Part shown: one piece after another, positions 1-9,345 of the stretch
How the letters are laid out: each line of letters starts with the position of its first letter
Position numbering within the stretch: position 1 is the stretch's first letter
Origin: Candidatus Eiseniibacteriota bacterium
GTDB taxonomy: Bacteria; Eisenbacteria; RBG-16-71-46
Reading direction: 5' to 3'
Length of the DNA stretch: 64,000 nt
Assembly: GCA_044222065.1 (NCBI GenBank)
Contig: JBGAOA010000014.1
Span: forward strand, 1 to 64,000
Program-made: the position numbers and the translations under genes
The notes under the pieces: generated by a model
The model's database searches: none
What the model was told of the DNA's origin: nothing
Seen by the model: only the letters and a program-made list of their open reading frames with translations

Positions 1-589
1 ACGCCTCGACCGCGTGCACGTCGGCGCCGAGCACGCCGCGGTAGGCGGACGCGGGCCCGAGGTTACGGAGCGCCCACTGGCGACCGTCCACGAAGTGCGG
101 GTCGTTCGGCACGAACGAGTCGCCGGCCGCGGCCGCCCACAGCGGCACGGCGAGCGGGTCGGGCGGCGCGGCGTCGAACGCGGCGGCCGGCGCGTCGGCG
201 AGCGTGCGGATGCGCTCGGGCTCGTACCACTCGACGTCCGGATCGGCGGCGAGCGCGCCGAGCGCGGCGGCCGAGTCGGCGGCGTCGAACAACCACACGT
301 TCGAGGGGTCGAGGCCGAAGGGATCGCGCGCGGCGCCGGCGCGCGAGGCTTCGAGCCGCAGCGTCGTGCGCGGGTTCGCGCGCGCCGCGGCGAGCGGCAC
401 GCCGTCCGCGAGCGAGCGTCGCGGTGTGAGCCCGGCCGCGCGCAGCCGCTCGAGCGCGGGGCGAGCGCCGGCGCGCAGCGCGTCCGACGCCGCGGGCCTG
501 AGCCCCACGACGATGCGCGCGGCGACCGCGGGCGCGGGGAGCGCGAGCGCGAGCGCGGCGAACAGGGCGAGCGGGCGGAGTCGGTGCAT
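1..589 (-). CDS. S8 (subtilisin-like) serine peptidase, N-terminal part; truncated at window edge
   Basis: My translation from ATG at 589: signal peptide MHRLRPLALFAALALALPAPAVA, prodomain ending DPDVEWYEPE, then PNDPHFVDGRQWALRNLG...GADVHAVEA, the typical start of a mature subtilase. The catalytic triad lies outside the window. Confidence 0.75.
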   Translation of the reverse strand, partial: MHRLRPLALFAALALALPAPAVAARIVVGLRPAASDALRAGARPALERLRAAGLTPRRSLADGVPLAAARANPRTTLRLEASRAGAARDPFGLDPSNVWLFDAADSAAALGALAADPDVEWYEPERIRTLADAPAAAFDAAPPDPLAVPLWAAAAGDSFVPNDPHFVDGRQWALRNLGPASAYRGVLGADVHAVEA

Positions 590-870
590 GTCGGTTGGGG
601 CTCCCGGGGAACGTGCGTCACGGCGGGCGAGCCGCCACGACGCTAGCAACGTGCCGGGGAGCGCTCAATGGAAGTTCGCGCCCCGCCGGAACCGGGAGGC
701 CCGCGCGCTTCGGTCCGCCGTCGCCGTCGTGAACGCGCTGCCCTCGTCGTCGCCACCCCCGGCCGCCGGACGCGCCCGCCGGCGGATATGACGCTCGTCA
801 TGGCACGCTCGCGCGGCGGGAGGTTCAATGCGGGGGCACCGGTCCCACCTCATCCCGAAGGAGCCGAGCC

Positions 871-2160
871 ATGAAGGCCCAAGCCATCGCGCTGGCGGCG
901 GCGCTCTGTCTGAGCGCCGCGAGCACGCCGGCGCGCGCCGACGACTGCGTGGACTGTCACGCACAAAAGCACCCCGGCGTCGTCGCCGACTGGAAGGCGA
1001 GCAAGCACTTCACCGAAAACGTCGGCTGCACCGACTGTCACGGCAAGGATCACCACAGCGCGGCGGACGTCGCGAACGCCAAGCTGCCGACGCCCGAGAC
1101 GTGCGCGCCGTGTCACGCCGAACGCGTGAAGCAGTTCAAGAACGGCAAGCACGCCAAGGCGTGGATCGCGATGAACGCGATGCCGTCCATCCACGCGCAG
1201 CCCGTGTACCTGACCGAAGGCATGAAGGGCTGCGGCGGCTGTCACAAGATCGGCGTCAAGAGCGAGGCGGACCTGAAGGCCGTGTCTGCGCAGGGGCGCG
1301 GATTCGGAAATGCCTCGTGCGACGCCTGCCACACGCGTCACACGTTCTCGGTCGTCGAAGCGCGACAGCCGCAGGCGTGCATGACGTGCCACATGGGATT
1401 CGACCACCCGCAGTGGGAGATGTACTCGACCTCGAAGCACGGCGCGCGGAACGACCTCAAGCAGAAGCACCTGCTGCCCGAGTCCGCTTCCGCTCCGACG
1501 TGCCAGACCTGCCACATGCCGAACGGCGACCACGACGTCGGCACGGCGTGGGGCTTCCTCGCGGTGCGGCTGCCGATGCCCGAGGACAAGACGTGGGCGG
1601 CGGACCGCGCCACGATCCTGCAGGGGCTCGGCGTGCTCGATCCCGAGGGCAAGCCGACGGCGCGGCTCGAGGTCGTCAAGGCCGGCGACGTCGCGCGGCT
1701 CGACCATGAGTCCTGGCAGAAGCGGCGTGACCAGATGCTCGCGGCGTGCGGCCAGTGCCACTCGGGCAACTTCGCGCGCGAGCAGCTCGATCGCGGCGAT
1801 CAGATGATCCGCGAGGCCGATCACCTGATGGCCGAGGCGATCCGCATCGTGGCGTCGCTCTACGAGGACGGAGCGCTCGCGAAGCCGGCGGCGTACGCCG
1901 CGGCGTTCCCGGACCTGCTCACGTTCCACGACGCGCCGACGCCGATCGAGCAGAAGCTGTTCGTGATGTTCCTCGAGCACCGCATGCGCACGTTCCAGGG
2001 CACGTTCCACGCGAGCCCCGACTACGCGCTGTGGTACGGCTGGAGCGAGATGCAGCGCGACCTCACCGAGATCCGCACGCTCGCGAAGGAGCTGCGCGCG
2101 TCGCACAAGCCGATGCGCGCGCTGCCGAAGCCGGCGGCCAAAGCGTCCCCAAAGCGCTGA
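871..2160 (+). CDS. Octaheme c-type cytochrome, hydroxylamine oxidoreductase (HAO)-like family
   Basis: Signal peptide; 8 CxxCH motifs; CHMGFDHPQWEMYSTSKHG and FHASPDYALWYGW motifs typical of the HAO family; RBS AAGGAG upstream. Confidence 0.85.
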   Translation: MKAQAIALAAALCLSAASTPARADDCVDCHAQKHPGVVADWKASKHFTENVGCTDCHGKDHHSAADVANAKLPTPETCAPCHAERVKQFKNGKHAKAWIAMNAMPSIHAQPVYLTEGMKGCGGCHKIGVKSEADLKAVSAQGRGFGNASCDACHTRHTFSVVEARQPQACMTCHMGFDHPQWEMYSTSKHGARNDLKQKHLLPESASAPTCQTCHMPNGDHDVGTAWGFLAVRLPMPEDKTWAADRATILQGLGVLDPEGKPTARLEVVKAGDVARLDHESWQKRRDQMLAACGQCHSGNFAREQLDRGDQMIREADHLMAEAIRIVASLYEDGALAKPAAYAAAFPDLLTFHDAPTPIEQKLFVMFLEHRMRTFQGTFHASPDYALWYGWSEMQRDLTEIRTLAKELRASHKPMRALPKPAAKASPKR

Positions 2161-2173
2161 ACGCCGCCCAACC

Positions 2174-2201
2174 CGGGCCCGGGGCTCACACCCCGGGCCC
2201 G
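2174..2201. terminator. GC hairpin between convergent genes
   Basis: CGGGCCCGGGG-ctcaca-CCCCGGGCCCG is a perfect 11-bp stem just after the HAO-like stop codon. No strong U-tract. Confidence 0.55.
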
Positions 2202-2216
2202 CGCGTTGCGGCGTGG

Positions 2217-3482
2217 CTACACCGAACGCCGGGGCGAGACGATCACGTTCGCGATCAGGATGCCGGCGGCGAGCGCGATCCCGGCGAGCACGAGCGTGAA
2301 GCCGAACGCGACGCCCGCGACCACGTCGTGCTGGATGAGCGACGACACGCTGCGCACGCCGATCGCGCCCGGGATCATCATGAGGATGCCGGGCACCACG
2401 ACGACGGCGGACGGTCGCAGCCGCACGCGGCCGTAGACGTTCGCGACGATGCCGAGCAGCACGGCCGTGACGAGCGTGCCGGCCTCGGGCCCGAAGCGCG
2501 CCGTGAGCACGCGCGCGACGAGGAACGTCGCGACGCCGCTCACGACGATCCAGCCGACGTCGCGCCGGCGCGCGCGGAACAGCACGGCGATCGCGAGCGG
2601 CGAGAGCGCGAGCGCGGGGTACAGCGTCCAGGCGGGCAGGGGTGCTGCGGCGAGCGTCTGCGGCGCGTGCAGCAGCTGTTCGCCCGCTTCGGTGCCGAGC
2701 ACCATGCCGGCGCCGATGCCGAGGAACGTGATCGTTACGCCGGCGAGCCGCGCGGTGCCGGAGACGAGGTTGTCGGTCGCGAGTTCGGTGAGCGCGGTCG
2801 TGAGCGAGAGTCCCGGCAGCAGCACGACGATGCCGCCGACCGCCGCGAGGAACGGCGAGAACGGCGCCGCGCCGCCGCCCTGCGCCGCGAACAGCGCCGC
2901 CGCGAGCTGCGCGACGAACGCCGCGAGGAACGCGGCGGACGGTTCGAAGAGCCGCGCCGCGGCGCGCACGTGGCGCGCGACGCCCTGCAGCACGCCGAGG
3001 CCGAGGCCGATCGCGAACGCGATCGCAACTTCGCGCCAGCCGGCGCCGAAGAAGCGCGCGGACGTCGCGGAGGCGACGCCGTAGAAGAACGTCGCGAGCG
3101 CCGGCGTCACACGCGAGCGTTCGGCGACGATCGCTTCGATGCGCGCGCGCGCGGCTTCGGGCGCGAGGCGGCGTCCGATCACCTCGCCGACGACGTCGTT
3201 CAGCGACGCGAGCTTGCCGAGGTGCACGACGCCCGGCGAGACGCGCAGCAGGTACGTGCGCTGGGCGGGCGGCTCACCGAAGGCGAGCATCAGCGACGTC
3301 GGCGTCGAGAGGAAGTGGCCGTCCACGCCGAGCACGGGCGCGACGAGCGACATCGCTTCCTCGAGGCGGTGCGCCGGCGCGCCGTGCTCGTGCAGCGCGC
3401 GGCCGAGCGCGAGCAGGAATGCGACCGACGGCGGCGCGTCGTCGCGCGCGCCGGCCTCGCGCGGCGACGCGCGATCGCTCAC
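2217..3482 (-). CDS. thrE: Threonine/serine exporter family (ThrE) membrane protein
   Basis: LALGRALHEHGAPAHRLEE N-terminus, LLPGLSLT...LATDNLVSG and MIPG motifs, about 10 TM segments. The GTG start overlaps the upstream stop (GTGA). Confidence 0.8.
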   Translation of the reverse strand: MSDRASPREAGARDDAPPSVAFLLALGRALHEHGAPAHRLEEAMSLVAPVLGVDGHFLSTPTSLMLAFGEPPAQRTYLLRVSPGVVHLGKLASLNDVVGEVIGRRLAPEAARARIEAIVAERSRVTPALATFFYGVASATSARFFGAGWREVAIAFAIGLGLGVLQGVARHVRAAARLFEPSAAFLAAFVAQLAAALFAAQGGGAAPFSPFLAAVGGIVVLLPGLSLTTALTELATDNLVSGTARLAGVTITFLGIGAGMVLGTEAGEQLLHAPQTLAAAPLPAWTLYPALALSPLAIAVLFRARRRDVGWIVVSGVATFLVARVLTARFGPEAGTLVTAVLLGIVANVYGRVRLRPSAVVVVPGILMMIPGAIGVRSVSSLIQHDVVAGVAFGFTLVLAGIALAAGILIANVIVSPRRSV

Positions 3483-4396
3483 GGCGCGGCGGGCGCCTTC
3501 TCCCACGCGTAGCGCGCGTGCGGAAACTCGCGGCGCGCGGTGAGCGAGAGGCGCAGGTCGTCGAGGACGCCGTCGAAGGCGTAGTAGGGATTGGCGTCGC
3601 GGTTGGGGTCGAACCGCAGCTCGCCGCCGAAATCCGTCAGCGAACGCCAGTTGAAATAGTTGCCGACGAGCAGCGGCGCGCGGCTCGGACGGATGCGTCC
3701 GCGGACGGCGTACTGCGCGTCGAGCTGGCCGCCGACGTAGAAGCGCACGAGTTCGCCGTCGAACGTCACCGCGACGTGCGTCCAGCGCTCGAGCGGCAGC
3801 GTCTCGGACGAGAAGTAGACGTGCGGCGAGCCCGCTTCCTCGGGCTGGTAGAGGAAGAACAGCTTGCCCTCGACGCCGAGCACGCCCTGGATGCGCAGGA
3901 AGTCGGGGCCGGGGAGCGACGCGAGCGGCGGCCGGATGTCGAGCCCGAGCACGCCGAAGAGCCAGCTCTGTTCGCCCGCGGCTTCGGTCCAGCGGCCCAC
4001 GATCGGCGTCGCCTCGTACTGGCCGTAGGCGCTGACGTACACCCAGGCTTCGGCCGTGAGGCCGGCGCGCGCCTCGAGCGTCTCGCGGTAGGGCAGATAG
4101 ACGAACGAGTCGATGCTGCGCGTGAAGCGGCGGCCGTTGCGGATGCGGCCGAACTCGGTGCGCGTGTCCACGCCCGCGCGCGCGTCGAGCCGCTGCGGGC
4201 CCGAGTCGGCGAGGCGTGCGCCGCCGGTCTCGTCGAAGCGGTAGAGCACGAGCGTCGAGTCGTCCGCCGGCGCGGGCGAGGCGCTCGCGAGCAGCCGGCC
4301 TTCGCCGCCCTTGCCGGGCGCGTGCGCGCACGCGCCGAGGGCGAGCGCCACGAGCGCGGCGAACGCTCGCGCCGCGCCGCCCGCTCGCCCGCTCAT
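3479..4396 (-). CDS. LamG/concanavalin-like domain lipoprotein
   Basis: Lipobox LALGAC; LYRFDE...LTAEAWV...WTHVAVTFDG...YVGG...FDGVLDDLRL is the LamG-like jellyroll pattern. ATGA overlap with the upstream gene. Confidence 0.75.
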   Translation of the reverse strand: MSGRAGGAARAFAALVALALGACAHAPGKGGEGRLLASASPAPADDSTLVLYRFDETGGARLADSGPQRLDARAGVDTRTEFGRIRNGRRFTRSIDSFVYLPYRETLEARAGLTAEAWVYVSAYGQYEATPIVGRWTEAAGEQSWLFGVLGLDIRPPLASLPGPDFLRIQGVLGVEGKLFFLYQPEEAGSPHVYFSSETLPLERWTHVAVTFDGELVRFYVGGQLDAQYAVRGRIRPSRAPLLVGNYFNWRSLTDFGGELRFDPNRDANPYYAFDGVLDDLRLSLTARREFPHARYAWEKAPAAP

Positions 4397-6504
4397 CGCC
4401 CCGCTCCGAGCTGCAGTCGCCGCGAGCGCGCTTCGGCCGCGGCCTCGACGTCGCCGACGCTGCGGAACAGCTCTTCCATGCGCGCGAGCGAGCCCGGGTC
4501 GTTCGTGAGCCCGACGATCGAGCGCCACTCGCGCGCGGCGCCCGCCGCGTCGTCCGCGAGCAGGTAGCTCCAGCCGAGGCCGAGCCGCGCGCGCCGGCCG
4601 CCGCGCTCGAGCGGCAACGCCGCCTGGAACGCCTCGCGCGCGGCGTGCACGTCGCCGAGGTCGAGCGAGATCGTGCCGAGCAGCATGAAGGCCTCGAGCT
4701 TGTCCGCGTGGAAGCGCGTCGCGAGGCGCGCCGCTCGCTGCGCCGCACCGAGGTTCTGCATCGCGCGCGCGACCACCGCGAAGCCGTACCACGCGGCGCC
4801 GTCCTCGTCGTTCACCATGAGCCGGCCGCGCAGGATGTGGTAGGTGCGCAGCGTGTCGTTCTTGATCCACGACGGCGGCGTGCCGAGCTCGGGGCCGATC
4901 TCGTACAGGATGCCGGGCTTCGGATTCGCGAGGAACCGCTGCGTGAGGCCCGGCACGACGGCCGTGCTGTCGAGCAGGTAGAAGAGTCCGGGACGCATCT
5001 CGGCTTCGGGCCACGAGAACCACAGCCAGCGCACACTGTCCTTCTTCGCCGCGGCGGCGAGTGCGTCGAGCGAGTCGGCGAACGGGAACGGCAGCGCGCG
5101 CACGCCGGCGTAGTACGAGACGTGCGGCTTGCGCGCGATCAGCCGATCGCCGGGGCGCGCGAGCTTGCGGAGCGCCTCGCCGGCGGCACGGGTTTCGGTC
5201 GGGAGCTGCGTGACGATGTAGCGCTCGAACGCGAACGAGGCGCGGCCCGCGAGCACGAGCGGCACGAACGCGACCGCGGCCTTGAGCCACACGCGCCCGC
5301 CGGTCGCCGGCGCCGGCACCGCGAACGACGCGCCGCCGAACGCCACGCCCGCGGCGAGCGCCCACAGCGGAAGCACCGCGAGCGAGTAGCGCTCCGAGTG
5401 GAACGCCGGCACGAGCACGAGGAACCCGAGCGCCATCGCGAGCGCGAACGGCGCGAGCGCGCCGAGGCGCCGCTCGCGGATCGCGAGCAGCACGCCGAGC
5501 GCCGCCGCGATCGTGACCGGCACGCCGACGAGCTTCACGGCGTCGAGGCGCAGGTGGTCCCACGCGTTGTAGAGCATGCGGCCGAACACGGCGCCGGGAT
5601 CGTGCGCGATGACGTCGGCGAGCGAATGGAACTGGGGCTGGAGCGTGCGCTGATAGTCGTCCCACGTGATGCCTTTCGCGCGCGCGAACACCTCGTAGGC
5701 GATGTTGTGGTGGAGCTGGAACGAGAACTTCGCGCCGCTCGCGAGGCAGTAGAGGAGCCACGGCGCGACGGGCAGCGCGAAGCCGAGCGCGAAAACGAGC
5801 GCCGCGCGCCGCGTCGCGGGGCGCCACGCGAGCACGATCACGCCGAAGGCGAGCAGCGAGACGGCGCTGTAGCGCGTGAGGAACGCGACGCCGGCGAGCG
5901 CGCCCGTGAGCAGCGTCGCCGCGACCGGCGGCGCCGCGCCGGGCGCGCGCGGTGCGAGCAGGCGCATCAGCACGATCGCCTGCAGCAACAGCGCGAGCGC
6001 GTCGGTCGTGACGGCGTAGCCGTAGCGCAGGAAGTGCGTGTTCGTGACGAACACCGCGAGCGCGCCGAGCGCGATGCGCGGATCGGCGAGGCGGGCGATC
6101 GTGCGGTGCCAGCACCACAGCGTGCCGGCCATCGCGGCGACCGAGATCAGCTCGGCCGCGACGAACAGGTCGCGGATCACGAAGCCGACGAGCGCGAGCA
6201 CGACTTCGTAGACGGGGCCGATGACGCCGTAGCGCGACGGGTCCACGTGGAAGCGCTGCAGCATGCGCGCGCCGTCGGCGTAGGCGCCGTAGAAGTCGGT
6301 CTCGGTGAAGTAGTCGCCCACGGCGTGTGGCCCGAACGCCATGAAGCTCGCGACCGCGACGTAGGCGCCGCCGAGCACGAGCGCGAGGATCGAGAGCGTG
6401 CGCGCCTCGCCCGGGGCGAGCGTGGCGGGCGCGTGCAGGGCGGGAACGGCGGAGGAAGGCGAGCGAGGCTTCGAGGGCTTTCGCGGGGCCGGGCGACTCG
6501 TCAT
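4393..6504 (-). CDS. GT-C (ArnT/PMT-like) membrane glycosyltransferase with C-terminal TPR-like helices
   Basis: Many TM helices, an acidic first loop (ETDFY), TTDALA, GVAFLTRY and ERYSLAVLP motifs, and a TPR-like C-terminus. Confidence 0.65.
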   Translation of the reverse strand: MTSRPAPRKPSKPRSPSSAVPALHAPATLAPGEARTLSILALVLGGAYVAVASFMAFGPHAVGDYFTETDFYGAYADGARMLQRFHVDPSRYGVIGPVYEVVLALVGFVIRDLFVAAELISVAAMAGTLWCWHRTIARLADPRIALGALAVFVTNTHFLRYGYAVTTDALALLLQAIVLMRLLAPRAPGAAPPVAATLLTGALAGVAFLTRYSAVSLLAFGVIVLAWRPATRRAALVFALGFALPVAPWLLYCLASGAKFSFQLHHNIAYEVFARAKGITWDDYQRTLQPQFHSLADVIAHDPGAVFGRMLYNAWDHLRLDAVKLVGVPVTIAAALGVLLAIRERRLGALAPFALAMALGFLVLVPAFHSERYSLAVLPLWALAAGVAFGGASFAVPAPATGGRVWLKAAVAFVPLVLAGRASFAFERYIVTQLPTETRAAGEALRKLARPGDRLIARKPHVSYYAGVRALPFPFADSLDALAAAAKKDSVRWLWFSWPEAEMRPGLFYLLDSTAVVPGLTQRFLANPKPGILYEIGPELGTPPSWIKNDTLRTYHILRGRLMVNDEDGAAWYGFAVVARAMQNLGAAQRAARLATRFHADKLEAFMLLGTISLDLGDVHAAREAFQAALPLERGGRRARLGLGWSYLLADDAAGAAREWRSIVGLTNDPGSLARMEELFRSVGDVEAAAEARSRRLQLGAGR

Positions 6505-6751
6505 GGGGCGCGGAGTCTAGCAGACGGTCGCGGTCGGTCTCCGCCTGCGCTGCACCACGCGTTCGGGCCCGCGTCGCCGCGAAGTGCGTCTGGAGTGCCG
6601 GCGCTGCACGCCCTCGGGCCCGCTCGGCGTCTTTCCCGTTGCGGGGGTCGCGTCGCGGGCGTAGCGTCCGACCCGATCGAACCGGGGCCGCACCGCCATC
6701 CGGTTCGGCCCCATGGACCGGGGACCTCGCTCGCTCAGGGAGCGTCCGTCC

Positions 6752-9151
6752 ATGCCGCACCCCCAGCCGATGCGCAGCGCACGTTCGGCCGCGACGATCG
6801 CCTTCGCCCTCGCGATCTCCGTCGCGTTCTCGGCCTGCTCGAAGTCGGTGATCCAACCGCTGCTGCCCAACCAGCCGCCGACCGTGCGGCTCACGGGCGC
6901 GCCGTTGAGCCCACGGCAGGTGGATGCGGTGAACTACGAGGTGCGCTTCGAGTGGATCGGCGACGATCCCGACGGCCGCATCGCGCGGTTCCGCTACGTG
7001 AGCGATCCGCCGGCGACGGGCGACACGGCGTGGACCGAGACGCAGGCGAACGGCGTGACGATCCGCTTCAGCGCCTCGAACGCCGTCCCGTACACGGGCA
7101 CGTCCGACGAGCCGCACGTCTTCGTACTCGTGGCCGTGGACGATCGCGGCGCGAGGTCGCCGCTCGTGACGCGCGCGTTCTTCGCGAAGACCATCGCGCC
7201 GACGGTGCAGATCGAGCTTCCCGGGCCGACGCCTTTCGGGACCTCGTACCTGCCCCAGCGCTTCCGCGTGCGCTGGTCTGGAGAGGACCCGGACGGCGTC
7301 ACGACGCGGAAGCCCGTCCGGTACAAGTACACGCTGCTCACCGACGCGACCGACGTTTCGCTTGCCACGGCGCTCACGGATCGCGACTCGGTGCGCCGCT
7401 ACTACGCGCCGCGCGGATGGGCGGGCTGGGATTCGCTCCCGGGCGAGAGCCTGTCGGTCGTGATCGGGGACCTCGAAGAAGGCGGGGCCTATCTGTTCGT
7501 CGTCGTTGCCTTCGACGAGGCCGGGGCGTACTCGCCGGTCTTCTCGCGCACGACGAACATGCTGGTCGTGCGTGTGTCGCGTTCGGCCGGCGCGCCCGCG
7601 TTCGCGATCACCACGCCCTATTCGTCGCACTTCGGCTTTCCGAGCGAGGTTGGGCCAAACGTGCCTCCCCCGCGCGGCGACGTGGAATTTCCGGCCAACC
7701 GGCCGTTCCGCATCGGATGGCAGGTCTCGCCCTCTCTCCACGTCGCCACGGTCGGCACGAGGTGGGCGGTCGACATCGAGGACCTCGGCGACGAGACGCC
7801 ACGATCGGGCCCGCAGGATTACGCGCATTGGAGCGCGTGGGGGCCGGCCGCGGATTCCGCCCGGATCGATTCGTTCTCCGGCCTGCAGAACTTCCACACG
7901 TTCTGCCTCGAGTCTCTCGACGAGAACGGGGTCCGCTGGCTCATGCGAATTTCGCTGCGAGGGGTTTCGTTCAACGTCAGTCACGATCTTCTCATCGTGA
8001 AGGACACGCGCCTGCCGGTGGACCGGATCCTGCCGGGCCAGTCTTGCGTCGCCGCGCCGAGCGGACGCTGGCCGACCGCCGCCGAACTCGACACGTTCCT
8101 GTTCGCGCGCGGTGGCGCGCCGTGGCGCTGCTACCCCGCAGGCACGATCACGAAGCCGGGACTGTTCGCGGGCTACGACTTCGACACGCTCGGCACGCGC
8201 AACGGCGCCGTGAACCAGACGGTGCCGCTCCAGACGCTCGCGCAGTATCGGCACGTGATCTGGATCACGGATCGCAACGGAGCCATGAATGATTACGACG
8301 GCTCGTCGCCCAACTCGCCGGAGAGCGCCCTGCGGTACATGTCGGCCCCCAACCGCGCAAACACCCTCGCCGCCTACCTGAGCATGGGCGGCCGCGTGTG
8401 GCTCGTCGGGGGCGGCGCCCTCACGGCGCCGCTCGTGCCCTACGACCGCGTCGCGAACAACACCACGCCCCCCGCGCCGTGCACGACGTTCGACCGCCCG
8501 AACGGCGAGCTGATCCCGGGACGATTCACCTGGGACCACGCGCGGTGGCAGAGCCAGGTGAAGACGATCGTGGGCCGCTCGGAGATGCGCCACGACGCGC
8601 CGGCGATGGGGCAGCGCGCCGCGGATCCGTTCTACCTCGATCCGCTCCTGCCCGAGCGGCTGACGCCGCACAGCCTCGCGGCCGGCGACTCGATGCCGCC
8701 GAATCGCACGGGGACGAACAACTTCTATTGCACCGACGTCGCGGTCGAGTACCTGAGCCTCCCGAACGACGTGATCGTGGATCGCGATCCTTCCGCCGCC
8801 ACGGAGTACGTCGCGGCGCTGGACTCGCTGTATCGCGCCGTGGGCGCGACGCTCGTCTCGCCCGCGCTCAATGCGGCGAATACCAGCATGACCGTGTACC
8901 CGGCGCGGGCGCTGTGGGGCGCGCCCGGGTTCCCGGAAGGCCCGACCGTGATCGCGACGGGCTTCGACGTGTGGAGCTGGCAGCGCACGCAGTGCCAGGG
9001 CGTGGTGGACTTCGTGCTGCAGCGGTTGTGGGGTCTCCCGAAATCGCCGGTCGTGACGGCGAATGCGGCGGGCGCGCTGCCGGCGAGCCCGGCGGTGCGA
9101 CCCGCCGCCGAATCCCCGGGCGCGACCCGGAGCGTGGGCCGCTTCCGATAG
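6752..9151 (+). CDS. Large orphan lipoprotein with FN3/Ig-like repeats (paralog 1)
   Basis: RBS AGGGAG; lipobox VAFSAC; two WxGxDPDG beta-repeat units; C-terminal YRHVIW...YLSMGGRVWL domain. Colinear homology to 9346-11751. Confidence 0.75.
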   Translation: MPHPQPMRSARSAATIAFALAISVAFSACSKSVIQPLLPNQPPTVRLTGAPLSPRQVDAVNYEVRFEWIGDDPDGRIARFRYVSDPPATGDTAWTETQANGVTIRFSASNAVPYTGTSDEPHVFVLVAVDDRGARSPLVTRAFFAKTIAPTVQIELPGPTPFGTSYLPQRFRVRWSGEDPDGVTTRKPVRYKYTLLTDATDVSLATALTDRDSVRRYYAPRGWAGWDSLPGESLSVVIGDLEEGGAYLFVVVAFDEAGAYSPVFSRTTNMLVVRVSRSAGAPAFAITTPYSSHFGFPSEVGPNVPPPRGDVEFPANRPFRIGWQVSPSLHVATVGTRWAVDIEDLGDETPRSGPQDYAHWSAWGPAADSARIDSFSGLQNFHTFCLESLDENGVRWLMRISLRGVSFNVSHDLLIVKDTRLPVDRILPGQSCVAAPSGRWPTAAELDTFLFARGGAPWRCYPAGTITKPGLFAGYDFDTLGTRNGAVNQTVPLQTLAQYRHVIWITDRNGAMNDYDGSSPNSPESALRYMSAPNRANTLAAYLSMGGRVWLVGGGALTAPLVPYDRVANNTTPPAPCTTFDRPNGELIPGRFTWDHARWQSQVKTIVGRSEMRHDAPAMGQRAADPFYLDPLLPERLTPHSLAAGDSMPPNRTGTNNFYCTDVAVEYLSLPNDVIVDRDPSAATEYVAALDSLYRAVGATLVSPALNAANTSMTVYPARALWGAPGFPEGPTVIATGFDVWSWQRTQCQGVVDFVLQRLWGLPKSPVVTANAAGALPASPAVRPAAESPGATRSVGRFR
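8947..9055 (+). repeat. Direct repeat copy 1 (about 109 bp, 2 mismatches vs 11541-11649; first 78 bp identical)
   Basis: cgtgatcgcgacgggcttcgacgtgtggagctggcagcgcacgcagtgccagggcgtggtggacttcgtgctgcagcg is present in both paralogs. Confidence 0.9.
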
Positions 9152-9345
9152 TCGTCGCAGTGCCGCGCGCGACCGGGACGCGCGGATCGTGTCGCACCTT
9201 CGTTCGACCACGTGCGCCGCCGGGACGGACCGCACGCACGGGTACGCTGGACGCGAGTCGCGTCCACGGGCGACCGACGCGTCGTCGTCGCGTCCTTCCG
9301 CCCGCCGTCCCGACCGGGGACCTCCAGACAGCGAGGAGTGTCCCG

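Noticed and set aside
800..816. TGGCACG upstream of the HAO-like gene as a sigma54 promoter
   Set aside because: There is no GC at the -12 position (the spacing fails).
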